The notes under the pieces were generated by a model. That model searched no databases. It worked only from the letters and a program-made list of their open reading frames with translations, and had not been told where the DNA came from. A DNA stretch of 64,000 bases, the filler included, from Sphacelaria rigidula (lineage: Eukaryota), in the NCBI GenBank assembly GCA_964200075.2. It is 5 parts of 5 records of this genome, joined end to end, with 100 filler letters (N's around TTAATTAATTAA, not from the genome) between each part and the next. Parts side by side here need not be neighbours in the genome. Positions count along the whole stretch, not along the records: positions 1 to 12,722 come from CAXNAA020003472.1; 4 more parts are not named here. One strand, 5' to 3'. The position numbers and the translations under genes were made by a program. This document shows, piece by piece, positions 1-11,130 of the stretch (position 1 is its first letter; each line of letters begins with the position of its first letter).

Positions 1-92
1 AACCCCGCGGTGCTCCGTCGCGGTTTTGTGGGGATGCGAGGCCAATGGCTTGATGACAATGGCTTGCATAATCACGAGTACCCCCCCCCCCC
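1..92. mobile_element. End of a dispersed MITE-like repeat (family ending ...GAGTACCCCCC)
   Basis: GTGCTCCGTC...GATG(C/T)GAGG(T/C)CAATGG...CATxATCAxGAGTACCCCC recurs at ~13770-13885 (inverted), ~36890-37200, ~51000-51188 and ~63855-64000. Confidence 0.7.
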
Positions 93-133
93 TCGCCCGC
101 CCGCCCCCGCAAGCTGTATTCTAAAATGCTCGC

Positions 134-3100
134 CTTGATCATGTCGCGACGTCGTGTCTGCTCCTCTGCCAAGGAGGGCATCGCTTTTCTCGACTTCGTG
201 AGTTTCCTCAGAACTACAATCCTTTTGTGCTGAATCGTTCCGACGCTCTTTTCGTATCTTTCAACTTTCGCCTGACGCAAAGCCTGTGACAGACAGAAAA
301 CCAAGGAAGAGTGCAAAACATAGAGCAGTAAGCTGCATCGACATGGTCATAGTTTGACATATAAGATGTCTGCTTTCTAGCATTTCTAGCCTTGGTCGCG
401 ACGTGCCACATACTATCCATGTGGGAAACGGGCAGCGTAAAGAGCACGAAAACAACGATGTGAACACCCCTCGCGGTCAGCTTTCGATAAAAACAAACTC
501 GTTGAGCGACAAAACCAGGGCTGCTTCCCGAGGGAGACAAGTCATGGAGGCTAGCCAACACTTGACACGACACGATATTCGGACCGAAGATGCTTGCTCA
601 CGCCCACCTCTATCCGTTGTTGTGCGAGAAACTCTGCTCCCTGATCGCGTTCCCTCATGGCTCTTTTCAGCAGCTTCAGCCTTTCATCGCGCGCCCTAGA
701 TTCATATGGCGATCACCAGCGTACCGTAAGATGCTAGCCCGGACTCTTCATAATTCGATCCGGAAGAGTCACATCATTTTCCAACAAGGGGATATGAAAT
801 TGTTGTATTGATCAAGAAGCTGATTTGTCTCGTTCGTCGTTTCATCTCGTCAAGCACGTACTTGGTTAGTTCTCGTTCTCTTAAGCCAAGTTCCGTTAGC
901 TCCTGCTTCTCCATAAGCCTCTTCCGTAATGATAGGGACGCCTCGTCGGTGAAGGGGGGAAGGGAAGCCTCCAAGAGACGTTTTGCTCGAGCGTGGGCCA
1001 GCATTTCTACCTCTTTGTGGCCCACAGGCAACCCCGCCCCTAGCAACATGCGTCGGTTGTAAGGTGATACATCGACACAATTGTGAAGTGGAAAACCATG
1101 ATTAGATAATAAGCAATGGGCGTACGTTGCATGCGCCTGCTTTGCTGTAGCCAGGCACGTGTACTGACATTGCCACACACTATTCTTGGACACATCTGGC
1201 GCACGTGGTACGGACGTACTCATCTTGGAAGGTTCGAGCTTCCCACTCGATCTTTTGAAACTTCGATGTGTGCAAGTAACATATGAAAGATGGCTCTCTC
1301 TGGCAGTAGGGTATGTCTGGCTACGCAGTGTGTGTTAGTTCACGTGTTCGGGTGTTGGTTAGCGTAGTCAGCTAGCCAAACCGTTATAACCAGGGTCAGC
1401 GCGTTGAACATGTGTGCAATGCGATCGCCGGGACGTCTGTATAAGAATTCCCAGACCGTTCCACGCTCTCAAATATCTGGTTTACCGGTTATATCATGGG
1501 CACAGCGGATATGTCGAGTTATCCGAGCACAAGAGAAGGAAGAAGAAAAAGTCGTGTGTTTTTTTTTGTATTGTCAGATGTTTTCCATGTAGTTAGTTCA
1601 TCTGAGGTGATGATGTTGAGTCTTTGCGTGTGCTTGTATCGGGATTCCCTTCTTCCGCAAAAAGCGTACCGAAAGTCTTACATCTGAAATAACCACGTCT
1701 GCAATGGTTCACCTATGTACGCGCGATCATCAGTTTCCTTATGTTGGAGTTCAACTCGGTCGATTTCGGACCCGTACACCTACTTGTTCTACTGGCTATT
1801 CTCGGTATTGTTCTTCGTATTGGAGACGCGTAGTATACGCTCGTTTTACTACGAAGCAAGTTTCTACTCTATGGTCGACCCAGCACTGTGACTCAGCACT
1901 GCCTCCACGCCAGCATGCCTTCAGAGCACTCTTCCTGTTTAGTGCTACTGGTGAGACACCAAGTCTCAGCGGGTTGCCTCTCGGCCTACCTTAATGCAGC
2001 ACTGTATTGTATCATCTTGCTACGGGGCTAGTATAACATTGTTTGCAGATGCCTCCTCTGCTCCTGGCTACCCTTGTACCTCTAGACGCTTGTTTGCAAG
2101 GACAACCTTGCTTGCTGAAGAAATACATATTTGAAAGCCACCAAAGTCGCATTGCTCTCGTGGACGCCGCAGCATTTTTTTGGCCATTTCGTGCAGTCTA
2201 TGATAAAATATATAAACTTACACACAGGTGAGCAGACATCTGAAATGACTTCAAAGGAAAACACGCTTGTTTGACTGCCGTTGGTCGCTCGTCACATCGC
2301 ATGTGCGAAATGTACTCTCATCTTTGACCACCGACGCTGACGCTGTGTTGTTGGCTCGTTGTGTAAACGCTTAAACATGATATTTTGCAATACTTCCTTC
2401 GACACACTTTATAGTTTCAAGACAAATACTATTAACCCAAATACAAGAATGTATAACTGCTCGGCATAACTCTTCTCCAGAATACTGGAACAAGTCACAT
2501 ACCGTATACAAGCCCCTGCAGCATCAGAACCTCCGGCTCCTCCGACTCTGGATCCAGCAAGAAGTCTCGACTGTACGGCACAGTCTGAGCCTCGCTCTCT
2601 CTGTATTTGGTCTGCGACCCTACATCCTTGCTTAGAGCCTCTGGTTGTTCTCGTGGCGCCACCATTGGGTCCTCATTGAGGGTTGGGGCGAGCAGTCTGT
2701 GGTTGTCGCCGAACGTTGTACCGTCCAGTACCGCGAGAGAAGGAGGAGTAAAGGTCGACAAGGAGCGGCCTAGCCGTACTTACTGATGTGATGAACTGAA
2801 CAGCGAGCGGCTAGGCTTGCGAAGCAAATGTAGCTCCGACCTGGTAGTCATTTGAACGATTCTTCCAACATGTACCGAATGGGGTCTATATCTACTCCCG
2901 CTACTCCGGCTTGCTCGACCACACAGAACAGACCCATGCGTTTCGTCCCCAGCGACGTACCTCTCCATCACTTCTTTCACAATCTCAGCAGTAAGTAGTA
3001 GCATAAGCCTATCATCCACTCGAACCCTTAATGTGTGGATACCATAACTTGAATAATTATATTATGACCCCTGTTGAAGAGGGTAGTTGTCACAGTTCAA

Positions 3101-4603
3101 AGGAGAATTTCGATAGGAGTCGAACGAAATTTCACGAGGAAAATGCGCACGTCTAATAGGAATCGTGCCTCTCACATCCAAACGCGTTTCTTGAGAAGCA
3201 CGTACGAGGATTTTACGGTCATGGTCATCACCGCGTCGTCAAGAAATTACCTGCTTTCAGGGTGTTGATGCCACTGCAGAAACAAGACTCATATACGATC
3301 TAGAGAGCGTTGGTCTCTGAAGGGTTAAGGGGGGGCGTCAAGAGGGAAGATGATCGGCGGGTGGTATCACTGTCGTGGTTTCAGTGCCAGGATGGTCACG
3401 GACAAGGAGAAGCCCTCACGAGGATGGTGGCTTATAACGCTTGTATTAGTGCATCTCAGACATTGACTGGAATGCGACACTGTACACTGCGTGATTAGAG
3501 TACGATATCCCGCACACGACATACGTCCGTCAAAACGCCTCTACTTACACGGTCGATACTGCCCGTAACATCCCTTCCTTCAGCCGAATGAATGTATCGG
3601 GAAGGGGGCTGGAACGATCCCGAGGCAAACACAACACCGGGGCTGATTCACTCAGGTCTGTACGCTCTCAGCTCTTTTAACAGACAAGGGACGAGAAAAG
3701 CTTGGATTTCTAGCGGCGAAAAACTTGTCGTGAACCTTGGGAGACGGGCAAAACCTGTCCTCAAGGGAAAGTCTACATCTCAGGGAGGGAATCTCTCGCG
3801 CCCTTTTCGACAATAACTACCGTTTTTGCGCATCGTATGTGTATCTTGAGATCTCAATTTGAGTGGAGAACAACGACCATCGAGGACGGACGACAATTGC
3901 GCTTGGAGACCCGACAGCGGTCACATCGATCGCGGGTACTGCGGAGCTATAACCCGCTAGAACTCCCAACAAAGCGCATACTAGTTGGTGATAAACTACT
4001 TCAGAAAGGTTGCAGAAAAAATACGCACACTTCTGGCGCCACGGAGTTGAGCTGTGGAATAACGGGGCGCCTGAGATACATGGTCATGTTGGGTCCTCCC
4101 ACAGCGTTGCCATTGTCCGCCCTCACGGCTGGTCGCGCGGCTTTGAAGAAGCCGTTGTCCTCAAATGGCGTCGTGTACACAGGGTCTGTGCAGAGGTTAT
4201 GAAGTAGCAGGGCAGCGAAACGGAGAGTGTATCACAAACTGCGGGGTCAGCGGAATGTGGCTGGCATTATCTAAGAAGCGAACGAAACAGTGTGGTTAAC
4301 ACTTACTTCCTGGCTCTTACTCGCATACAAAACTCTCGTTCTGCTGACGTTCACAGGCACCTGTATGGACTACAGGACTGCCTGCTTCCCGTGACAGCCA
4401 CACATATTGCTGCCCCTATTTTGAGGTAGTCTCGTGTTGACTCGTGGTTGAACGCGTATGCTCTGTATAGTTGAGATATTTATCTCCAATCCATCTCTAA
4501 CAAAAAGCGAATTCGACGATCAGTGGGAACTGAAATACCGGCGCGATTGCTCACCATAGTAGTGGTCCAGAGCTCTGGACTCGATAACACGTGTAGACGA
4601 CAT
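134..4603 (-). CDS. CFAP91: Cilia- and flagella-associated protein 91 (CFAP91/MAATS1 family), 5' part; continues beyond the window start
   Basis: Phase-compatible exons 4603-4555, 4185-4029, 2696-2503, 1039-862, 695-608, 283-134 with AG acceptors and GT donors (last donor GC). Spliced protein: [24 protein letters not shown]...[22 protein letters not shown]...[20 protein letters not shown]...[36 protein letters not shown]...QRIEALRQAK...VLRKLTK...RRRDMIK. The [14 protein letters not shown], GLPxGxxEVEM and LPP motifs are recognisable CFAP91 motifs (from memory, no search run). Confidence 0.9.
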
Positions 4604-5018
4604 CGATTTTTCTCTCGTTCAAGCTGAGAGCCGCTCTTGAACTTGGAGAATCTGGTGGCAGCGCACAGCGCACACGGTTCCGATAAAGACGAGAAGAAAA
4701 GTGACAGTTTCACAAAATCACCCCTCGTACATTGTCATGTTAAGTCACCCTCTCAGAGCATGTTGGTGTGGGAGACATGGTTCCATTATCAACTGGAAAG
4801 AAAAACGAACACAATGATGATGGTACCCGCAATGAAAGTTCGCATCATGTGCGGCGCTGGGTTGCTTGATGGAGGGTAGCACCCCATACACATCATGGCG
4901 GAAAAATTGCTAGTCTACTTGGAAAGACCGGGAATTGACCTGTCCATTGCGTTCTGGATCATCGATCTAGTCTGTTGGCGACAGTTACGTCGATCGCCGA
5001 CTGCGGGAGAGACTGTCT

Positions 5019-6163
5019 TCATGTGCCGCTTGCTGAGACATGGCGATGAATATACTGTAGTCAAAGCAGATATCTTCGTTTCACACGAGTTTTTTTTGGA
5101 GCAGACTGCAGATGGATTTAGGTTCGCACTGTCATGGGTCGCTAGGTGCACAAAGTACGGCACACGAAAATAATAATGTCATCGTTGGGAAGTGAAGTGC
5201 ATATCCATCTCACGTCCGTCGTGCCCCAGATCCACCCTGAGGTTGTTGCTGGCAACTTATGCATGAAAACGGCTCTACCCGGCTGACTGAAAAAATGAGA
5301 TGCTTGGGCCAACAAACCGGCCCTAATTTCTTCAGCAATGTGTGGGGCATGAAGTAAAACACTCCATGTGTAATAGTCGGTGATCTGGTTCTCCAGAGTT
5401 ACATCGGCTAAGTCACAGGCAGGCGGAGTGGTTCTCGGTTTTTTGTACAAGATTGTACAGTATCTCTGATCTGTTTTCCCGCTCGTATCCAAATTTGATG
5501 GAATATGACCACATGTAACTTACCACGAAAACCTGAAAACGGGTCTCCTCCTCTCGGTCTTGTGGGGTCAACTGTGGGCGGTTTGACACAGAGCCTGATC
5601 GACTATACACATCGAAAACATACCTAGCTGTCTGATGGAGAGCTGTGCTGTCGACGCCCTCTGGTTTCGCGCGCTACGCGACAAAAGCAGGACGAAAAAG
5701 TTTAGAGAATTGGAACCACATCCCCCATCAATACCACCCCTCTGACTCTGGAGTGGAGGGGGTAGTGAACAAGAACGCAGGCGGTCACGATCACCGAGTA
5801 TAATTGGAGGCGAGAAACAACTGTGGATAGGGCCGTGTTGTAGAAGACATCGAAGAGGGTGTTCTCTAAGCAGGGTATACCACTGAGTAAGTTGTCTGCG
5901 TTTCCAAATCAAGGCAAACCTCATCATCACAACAGTTTGGTAGTCTGTCACGACACTCAATTTCACCAACTACAGCCGCAACATGAGCTCTGGGGTCGCT
6001 GGTGCAAGATTAAAACAGGAGCGCAAGAACTGGAGAAAGGACCATCCAATTGTAAGCACTTCATTCACTGTTGTTGTCTTCATCGCATGCGTGCAATTTT
6101 CGCACCTCTCCCACTTTTGGGACTTACCTGTATAGGATAATCTGACCTCGGACCGTACTCAGC
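5019..6163 (-). CDS. Uncharacterised multi-exon protein-coding gene, 3' part
   Basis: Five phase-compatible GT-AG exons 6163-6128, 5944-5881, 5571-5524, 5384-5214, 5054-5019 give LSTVRGQIILYRLPNCCDDEVCLDLETQTTYSVLTPQDREEETRFQVFVITDYYTWSVLLHAPHIAEEIRAGLLAQASHFFSQPGRAVFMHKLPATTSGWIWGTTDYIHRHVSASGT*. Upstream exons (around 6373-6389 and 6500-6580) are ambiguous. Family not recognised. Confidence 0.6.
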
Positions 6164-7099
6164 CTGCACGAGTTCTTTCGTTTCGGTTTGAATTGTTGGT
6201 TTGGGACTCTGACTGTAAAGTAGAGTAATCCGGTGTCACCCACCATTGTGCAAGATGTTGCAACATGAACCACTCTGCACCACGGAATGGGCTCGTGTCG
6301 AGTACGACGCCCCACCGGTGGACGTAAAATCCCAATTCGCGTCATCCTCGAGGAGTGGAATTTATGGCTTACTCTGTCCCCCAGCCGCACTGAAAATGCT
6401 TCTTCTTCAACTATATAACCCGTTTGGGCGGTCTAACTATTCAGCTGTGTTTTGGAGTTTCCCTCCCGTTCCACTCTTTGATAGAAGTTGAAATTACTAC
6501 TCGTACTCGTCGCATCGATCGGTAGATTTTGGTACAGCAAACAGATTATCCTCGAAATACAGTGCCCAAGTCAGCGTTAGCTGGTGTTATTCGGCGACAT
6601 GAGTAAATACCCCGTTCATCAGGGGGGTGTTACCGACCGTAAAACACAGTTTTTCGGAGTGCAATGAGTATGTAGAACTTCAAAAAAATAAACTGTACAT
6701 TTCTTCATAAATATGATCGGTGTAGGCTTGATCGACCGAAAGTACCGAAGAGTAAGAATCTGGGCTGAAACGTGACAGGACCCCCGATGACCGGTCTGCC
6801 CGTAAGTCATTGAATATTAGGTACAGATGGTTTGATTTTCTTGAAATGTCGAGGAAATACAAATACGTGGAAGTTCCCGATGTATGTGATGAGCGATGGC
6901 AAGCGGAGAGAGCCGAAGACAATCGCCAATTACGAAAAAATCGCAAAATACCAAAAAATGAATAGTTGGACCACGCACTACTATATCTCGTTTTGTGCGC
7001 GTAAAACATGCTGCGGTGGCTCAATTGGAGACAGTCTTGCGCCGGAAGTTTTTTTTCGGAACATAATCTGACCTTTTGTCGCCCCGGCACGCGCTGCTG

Positions 7100-8560
7100 C
7101 AACGCCCCACCATAGATTCAGCGAGATGGGACTGTTTTCTGTAGTTGTTATGACATGTGGGCGAAGTTTCAGCGTCTCGCAGCGCCTACAGCCCGCGTGC
7201 TGCCCTGTCTCTCAAATTGAGCACCTTTACAGGCAATACTCAATACTCCCAGCCGTTTCGCACAGATTGTCATTATCCAGCGGGGGTCCCGGTGCAGATC
7301 TACGTTTGTTTCCCAGCGCAGCAGCGTTCCAGGGGTTGATGAAGTGAAAGTAAGTGGAGGAGTTACTTTACACTTGCGTTCGCTCATGGTGTACGCATTT
7401 CTGGGCAGCGGGGCGGGCGTTTCGAGTGCGTATGCACACATTTGCCAAATTCGATATTCGCGTCGTTATTCCTGCCTCATGCACCGCAAGCGTTGGCACC
7501 CGAGGAACATGCTCTTTGTCATGTGCCCAACTAGTCAGGTGGGGTTGCGCCGCACATCCCACGAACAGAGACGTGCTCGCGGCATATCTGCTCTCGGCAA
7601 CATCGCAGAGCTCGGGGTTCTTGCTCAAGGGTTTGTGACAACGTGACAGTGAGGGTTCGGTAGATGGCCCTTTGATGCCTCACGGTTCTAATGGTATCGG
7701 CAGCATCGCTCGGCTAGAACACGTTCAACCGGAGCAGGAGTGTTGGTGTGTGTTGGGGTCTTCGACGGCACACGCAGAATTTACGTCTGTAAAAGTGTTA
7801 TTGTGTGTTTCGCAATGTCGCGGACGCTTAGGACTCCCCCATCGAATTCGCACATCGCGTCTCATAAAAAAGCTCCTCGAAGGTCCAGAGAATATGATTG
7901 GATGTCGGCAAGTGGTACGTACAAGTCACGATTTCTGGCCGGGGTGTAGCCATCACCCCCCGCCAGCTACTGCGATCTCCGAAATAATACAACTTGTCCT
8001 CGAATAATACGCACGAATGCTGCAATATATGTGTGGGGCAGGCATGTTAGCAACAGCACCGTCCCCCTACGATACAGTACGAAGACCCACAGTGATTCGC
8101 GGAGATGATGCTCCGTGTTCTTAATGCGGAAATTGGGGATTTTTATTTGCATGCTACAGCGTACACCCTGATGTGTGACGAACATGCCGGTCAGATCCTT
8201 CCGCGGAGCATGGAGGCGTGCTCCGAACACTCCGGGGATGGTTCGAAAGGGTATTTTCCGGTGGAATGCCTCTTTTTTAACCTCTATAAGCACCATGTTC
8301 AAAGACGATTTACCCTACAGAGCACAACCTGTCAGTTTCCTCTTCCCGTCTTGCCCTTGGATGCCTTCTGTGGCGGGAATACTGCGCAGCATGCAGTGTG
8401 CCCGCAGAGTCAGCACCATGGGATGGGGCGTGGCTCCACGCATCCCTCAGCATGGTCTTCGTCAACCGTACATCCGTTGGGAAAAAAAAAAGGCATGCAC
8501 AGTGAATATGTTTCCTCCATTTGGGTCTTGAAAAACTGTACCGTAGGTGTTGCCTTCACC
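7100..8560 (-). pseudogene. Decayed coding sequence, possibly a CxC/KDZ-type transposase remnant
   Basis: Frameshifted protein-like pieces GMFVTHQGVRCSMQIKIP and KLYYFGD...NHILWTFEELFYE, plus scattered Cys pairs. The resemblance to CxC domains of KDZ (Kyakuja-Dileera-Zisupton) transposases is weak and inferred. Confidence 0.25.
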
Positions 8561-8599
8561 GTCGACAGCTAGGATCTGTCTCTACACCATCTCTCCATA

Positions 8600-9014
8600 T
8601 AGCCCCCAAATGGTAGTCATGAGACAAACAACAACGAGCTGCATCCCAGGCGCCGACGCCAGAACGGACTAAGCTCCGGCGTCGTGCGATAGTCGGCGAT
8701 GACGTGCGCCTGCAACCGCACCATCGGACAAGAAAGGACGCCCAGTAAACCCTCTATTACCGACTCCGTCACAAATGCCGCAGAAATCTACTTCCCAACA
8801 GCCTAACCATCAGGTTAACCACAGGCGACCACTTCATTGAGCCTGATAGGAACGAACACGGCACGCTGACTGGCGCCACTCCGAGCTTATAGACGTCATC
8901 CGCGACTCCCTTCGTCACCCACCGCTGCGGGCACCTGAACGGAAACGTACCACTGACGAACGATGGAATGAATGTGACTCGTGGTCAAATCTGCTACGGA
9001 ATAAATAAATAAAT
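8600..9014 (+). mobile_element. Possible non-LTR retrotransposon 3' fragment with (AATA)n tail
   Basis: Frameshifted GDHF...WRHSELIDVIRDSLR resembles the zinc-knuckle/RH region of RLE-type LINEs; it ends in AATAAATAAATAAAT at ~9000-9014. Confidence 0.3.
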
Positions 9015-9055
9015 CTAGGGCTCGGGCACTAGGAATGCATAGAAATTCCAAAGTT

Positions 9056-9531
9056 GGCCTAACTCTACTGGGAGCCGTTCAGAAATCCAGTTAAAAACTG
9101 CCTTTTGGGCCCTTCTCCGTCGTTTTACGCCCGAAAAGAGAGCTTAACGGATGTTGACGCCTTGGAATGACTTGCTCTACTAGTTGAGACTGTGCCAGCG
9201 CAACTCTGCGTTTCCCGGTGGCCGCAGTTTTATTTTTGACCAAGCTTACATTTTCAATAACAAACGGCCGGGTGAGCGAAATACTGGCAGTTTCTCCCCT
9301 GTTTTTTTCATCACTTGACCGTTTTTTTTTTTAAATACGAGTTTGGCCACAAACAAACTGCAGCCGGCGGGAAATTCAAAGTTGCCCTGGAACGGTCTCA
9401 ACGAGTAGAGCAAATCGTTCCAAGGCGTCATCATCCGTTTGGCTCTCTTTTCGGGCGTAAGACGATGTAGAAGGGCCGCCCAAGAGGCAGTTTCCAACAG
9501 GATTTTTGAACAGCTTCCATTAGAGTTGACC
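9056..9531. mobile_element. Foldback MITE with ~200-bp imperfect TIRs (Tourist/PIF-Harbinger-like)
   Basis: Left GGCCTAACTCTACTGGGAGCCGTTCAGAAATCC... is the reverse complement of right ...GGATTTTTGAACAGCTTCCATTAGAGTTGACC, followed by TAA. A full second copy is at 32857-33328; partial copies at ~33720-34030 and ~38880-39110. Confidence 0.8.
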
Positions 9532-9561
9532 TAAAGAACGTTTCTGTAAACTTCGTAGTCG

Positions 9562-9900
9562 TTAACGGAAACGTCCAGGAGTGCTGCCATCGACCAGATA
9601 TGCAAAAGGGTTATAGGTGAGGCTATCAATATTACGTGCACAGATGATTATTGCTCCAGTATCTGGATCGGATGGTCGATATCCTCTTATCTCCCAAACT
9701 TTGGTATCAGCGGTGGCATACGAAAACCCTATCGAACTTAATCGACTGCGGATAAACTGCTGAAATACTCGATGCCACCTGCGAAGTATCGTACACTCGT
9801 CAAAAAGCCTTAGCACATGGCATGGGCATGACGTACACCGACTCAAACATGATGAGGCTGGGACCATGTGCTCACCCCACCTGTGGAGAGCGGGGCAAAG
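9562..9900 (-). mobile_element. Possible RLE-type non-LTR retrotransposon C-terminal fragment
   Basis: Cys/His-rich stretch then WHRVFQQFIRSRL...GYRPSD resembles the CCHC-RH-PD layout of restriction-like endonuclease LINEs; degenerate. Confidence 0.3.
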
Positions 9901-10043
9901 GCTTGGTAATATTTGGACCCTGCATTCATATGTCAGCGACGCCGACACGGACACACAAATAGAGATAATGATCCCACGATGACGGCACGACACCCTCACC
10001 TCGCGTTTGGAAAGCAACTCACTTCGGCGGCACTTCCACCCCA

Positions 10044-11130
10044 TCACGCGAGTATAACCCGTTCCAAATACCGCTCCACCGCGTCCTTGCCCCCGACCTC
10101 TTTGGAATCAGAAGAGGTTTCCGGCGACTGGCTGGAACCAGGCTTGGATCCCGCATCTTTACTTCTCAATTTCGCCACGTTACTGCTATCCCCCCGCTCG
10201 CTTTCATCCCGCAGCTGTATTCCCAACTCTTCAGCGAGTAGCCCTTCGGTGAGTAATCCTACAGTGTAGAGGCCTTGCCTGGGTAACCCATGAGTGCATA
10301 ACCCTTCACTAGACGACCCTTGACCGGGTAAACCTAAATTGTGTAACCCTTGACTCGGTAACCCTTCAGTGGCTTATCCGCGTTGGTCAGGGGCAGGCGC
10401 AGCGCACTGCCCCTCGCATCCACACAACATGGGATGGCAATCCTTTCCTAACCTGGCGCACGTGCAATGGCGGTTGCGTTTGTGCTTCTCCACCGCCACG
10501 GGGTTGCATCCGCACAAAAGCCGTTTGTTCTCCCCCGCGGGATCGATGTAAGCATGCTCCGTCTTTCGTCATACGCTTCCCTTTGTCCTCCCGAGTCGTA
10601 CTCGATCCGCGGTCGCAGAAATCGACGGCGGGCATGGACTCCGCCATTCCCCCCATCCAGTATTCAATCACGGCACCTGCGTGTTTCGCTTGGAAGCGCA
10701 AGGATCCCCCGGGCGGTACCAGTTCAGCAGGCTTCTTATATCCGATTTCCCACCGCTGGAACCTCACCCAGGTCGCGAACACTGTAATATCCCCCCCTGT
10801 CTGGTTGCGGAGGATGTTTGGCGCTTCTTGCCTCCGCGGAGAATGCGGGTTCTCTCTTGCAGTAGAAGGCCACCGCGAGGAACTTCACCACTTCCTCCTC
10901 TTCAACTGTCACCTTCCCGTCCTCGAATGTCAAAAGCGGCTTCGGGAAAAGATCCCGGACGCGCAGACCTCTCACGAGCGTGTCCCACATATCCAGGGAA
11001 GACAGTCCATGAAAACAAGGCAGAAAGTCACATCCACTCAGTATGAACAGTAACACGAACAGAGTAATCCACATTCCCGGTTCTCTGTGGACCCAGGCGC
11101 TGCTGCCTTCTCACGCGCCGTGAGCGCCGT
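10044..11130 (-). mobile_element. Academ-like DNA transposon remnant (XPG/FEN1-like H3TH region plus Cys8 finger), frameshifted
   Basis: Three successive frames give LSGCDFLPCFHGLSSLDMW (H3TH motif), LVPPGGSLRFQAKHAGAVIEYW (LPP...W motif) and CGC-x13-CTC-x6-C-x4-CGC-x3-C (8 Cys). This order matches the C-terminal half of Academ proteins. Confidence 0.72.
10225..10372 (-). repeat. 15-bp tandem repeat encoding xxGLx pentapeptides
   Basis: Plus-strand TAACCCT-type units every 15 bp; the minus strand reads TEGLP SQGLH NLGLP GQGSS SEGLC THGLP RQGLY TVGLL TEGLL AEELG. Confidence 0.8.

Noticed and set aside
2697..3019. 5' extension of ORF 2495..2761 and ORF 2780..3019 as CFAP91 coding sequence
   Set aside because: The acceptor at 2697-2698 gives the correct phase and a PEVLLAP junction; the upstream sequence is intronic.
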